Assembly: GCA_001831095.1 (NCBI GenBank)
Contig: MIDP01000011.1
Span: 5,608-69,607 of the forward strand
Source: Verrucomicrobia bacterium GWF2_51_19
GTDB taxonomy: Bacteria; Verrucomicrobiota; Verrucomicrobiia; Opitutales; UBA12508
DNA length: 64,000 nt
Direction of reading: 5' to 3'
Positions 63,269 to 64,000 of the stretch are shown in pieces (the stretch's first letter is position 1; the number at the start of each line of letters is the position of its first letter). The position numbers and the translations under genes are program-made. Under the pieces are notes generated by a model that saw only the letters and a program-made list of their open reading frames with translations, was not told where the DNA came from and did no database searches.

Positions 63269-63959
63269 GCCCGCTAAAGTCCTAGAAGTTTGTAAGCTCG
63301 TCAAGTCTTACCACTCGCTCAGCGGCGACGTTCGCGTACTGCGCGGCATCCATTTTACGCTCTTTGGCGGCGACACGGTCAGCATTCGGGGCGAGTCTGG
63401 ATGCGGCAAAACGACCCTCCTCAACAGCCTCTCTCTCCTCGACAAGCCCGACAGCGGTGAAGTTTTCTGGCGAGACGTTGAGTATGCATCCAAGGGCAAC
63501 GACCGCATCGCCAAACAGCGCGCCCACTTCATCGGTTTTATCTTCCAATTCCACTACCTAGTTCCCGAATTGACGGTTCTGGAAAACGTTCTCCTGGCGG
63601 TGAGGATCGGCGGTGAACGCGTCACAACTGCCAAAAAAAGGTTAGCCCGCGACCTCCTAACGCGCGTCGGCCTTCAAAAGCGAATGGATGCCCTGCCATT
63701 CTCGCTTTCCGGGGGAGAGGCGCAACGGGTAGCGATCGCCCGGGCCCTCATCAACCAACCACCGCTGATCATCGCCGACGAGCCCACTGGCAACCTCGAC
63801 GAAGACACCGCCGAGTCCATCTTTTCGCTCCTGATGTCCCTCTGCGAAGAACACGGCACCAGCCTCATTCTCGTCACACACAATCCCAACTTTGCCCAAC
63901 GCACGCGCCGTCAGTTCTCTCTCCACCACGGCAAACTCGAAGAAATCACAGGTACCTGA
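63261..63959 (+). CDS. lolD: lipoprotein-releasing ABC transporter ATP-binding protein LolD
   Basis: Walker A GESGCGKTTLLN, signature LSGGEAQRVAIARAL and Walker B LIIADEPTGNLD. Confidence 0.92.
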   Translation: MNEPAKVLEVCKLVKSYHSLSGDVRVLRGIHFTLFGGDTVSIRGESGCGKTTLLNSLSLLDKPDSGEVFWRDVEYASKGNDRIAKQRAHFIGFIFQFHYLVPELTVLENVLLAVRIGGERVTTAKKRLARDLLTRVGLQKRMDALPFSLSGGEAQRVAIARALINQPPLIIADEPTGNLDEDTAESIFSLLMSLCEEHGTSLILVTHNPNFAQRTRRQFSLHHGKLEEITGT

Positions 63960-64000
63960 TGCAAAAATAGCGCCAAAATGCGTTTCGCGATATTTCTAAT
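63959..64000 (+). repeat. R2 5-prime part (runs off the right edge)
   Basis: atgcaaaaatagcgccaaaatgcgtttcgcg begins at the lolD TGA. Confidence 0.7.

Overview
This is a 64-kb chromosomal window of about 50% GC. It comes from a diderm, flagellated bacterium, since LptD, LolCDE, Lgt and MlaD/PqiC-type genes are present. The gene content plus an ankyrin-repeat protein suggest a PVC/Verrucomicrobia-like, possibly host-associated lineage, but I cannot verify that here. All protein calls come from reading the supplied translations for family motifs; no database search was run.

Ordinary content:
- A 12-gene flagellar basal-body/export/hook operon (flgB-flgC-fliE-fliF-fliG-fliH-fliI-fliJ-ylxF/motE-like-fliK-flgD-flgE, 6.5-18 kb).
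- Housekeeping genes: ftn, gmd, ligA, rsmE, crcB, lptD, ymdB, nrnA, cysS, fabI, fabZ, pntAA, mraY, priA, lgt, glyA, rpsI, rplM, folA, parA, rnc, lolCE, lolD.

Unusual content:
1. 'A-elements' are an ORF-less, inverted-repeat-bounded, highly modular repeat family. There are 5 full or compound copies plus 2 fragments, about 5 kb or 8% of the window. Each copy is built from mirror-image half-units: a TTGACT-N14-TATAAT-like box, a conserved hairpin-rich core, and a CTCAATCATTAGCGA terminus. The half-units surround a central region that in two copies is expanded into 52-bp tandem arrays (9 and 5 units). Copies are nested, shuffled, bracket a two-gene island and enclose an orphan pntAA. I do not recognise them as any known IS, MITE or RNA family, and they are my top candidate for something undescribed.
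2. A second repeat system (R2-linker-R1) always starts at or within a few nt of the stop codon of a co-oriented gene (9 of 9 cases). It shows stem covariation and splits the flagellar operon three times.
3. An OleA/OleB-like gene pair sits next to fabZ-fabI without oleC/oleD.
4. An ankyrin-repeat gene has a frame-shifted, repeat-containing downstream ORF.
5. A methyltransferase is translationally coupled to an 834-aa unknown gene.

No rRNA, tRNA, CRISPR-cas or transposase genes were recognised.
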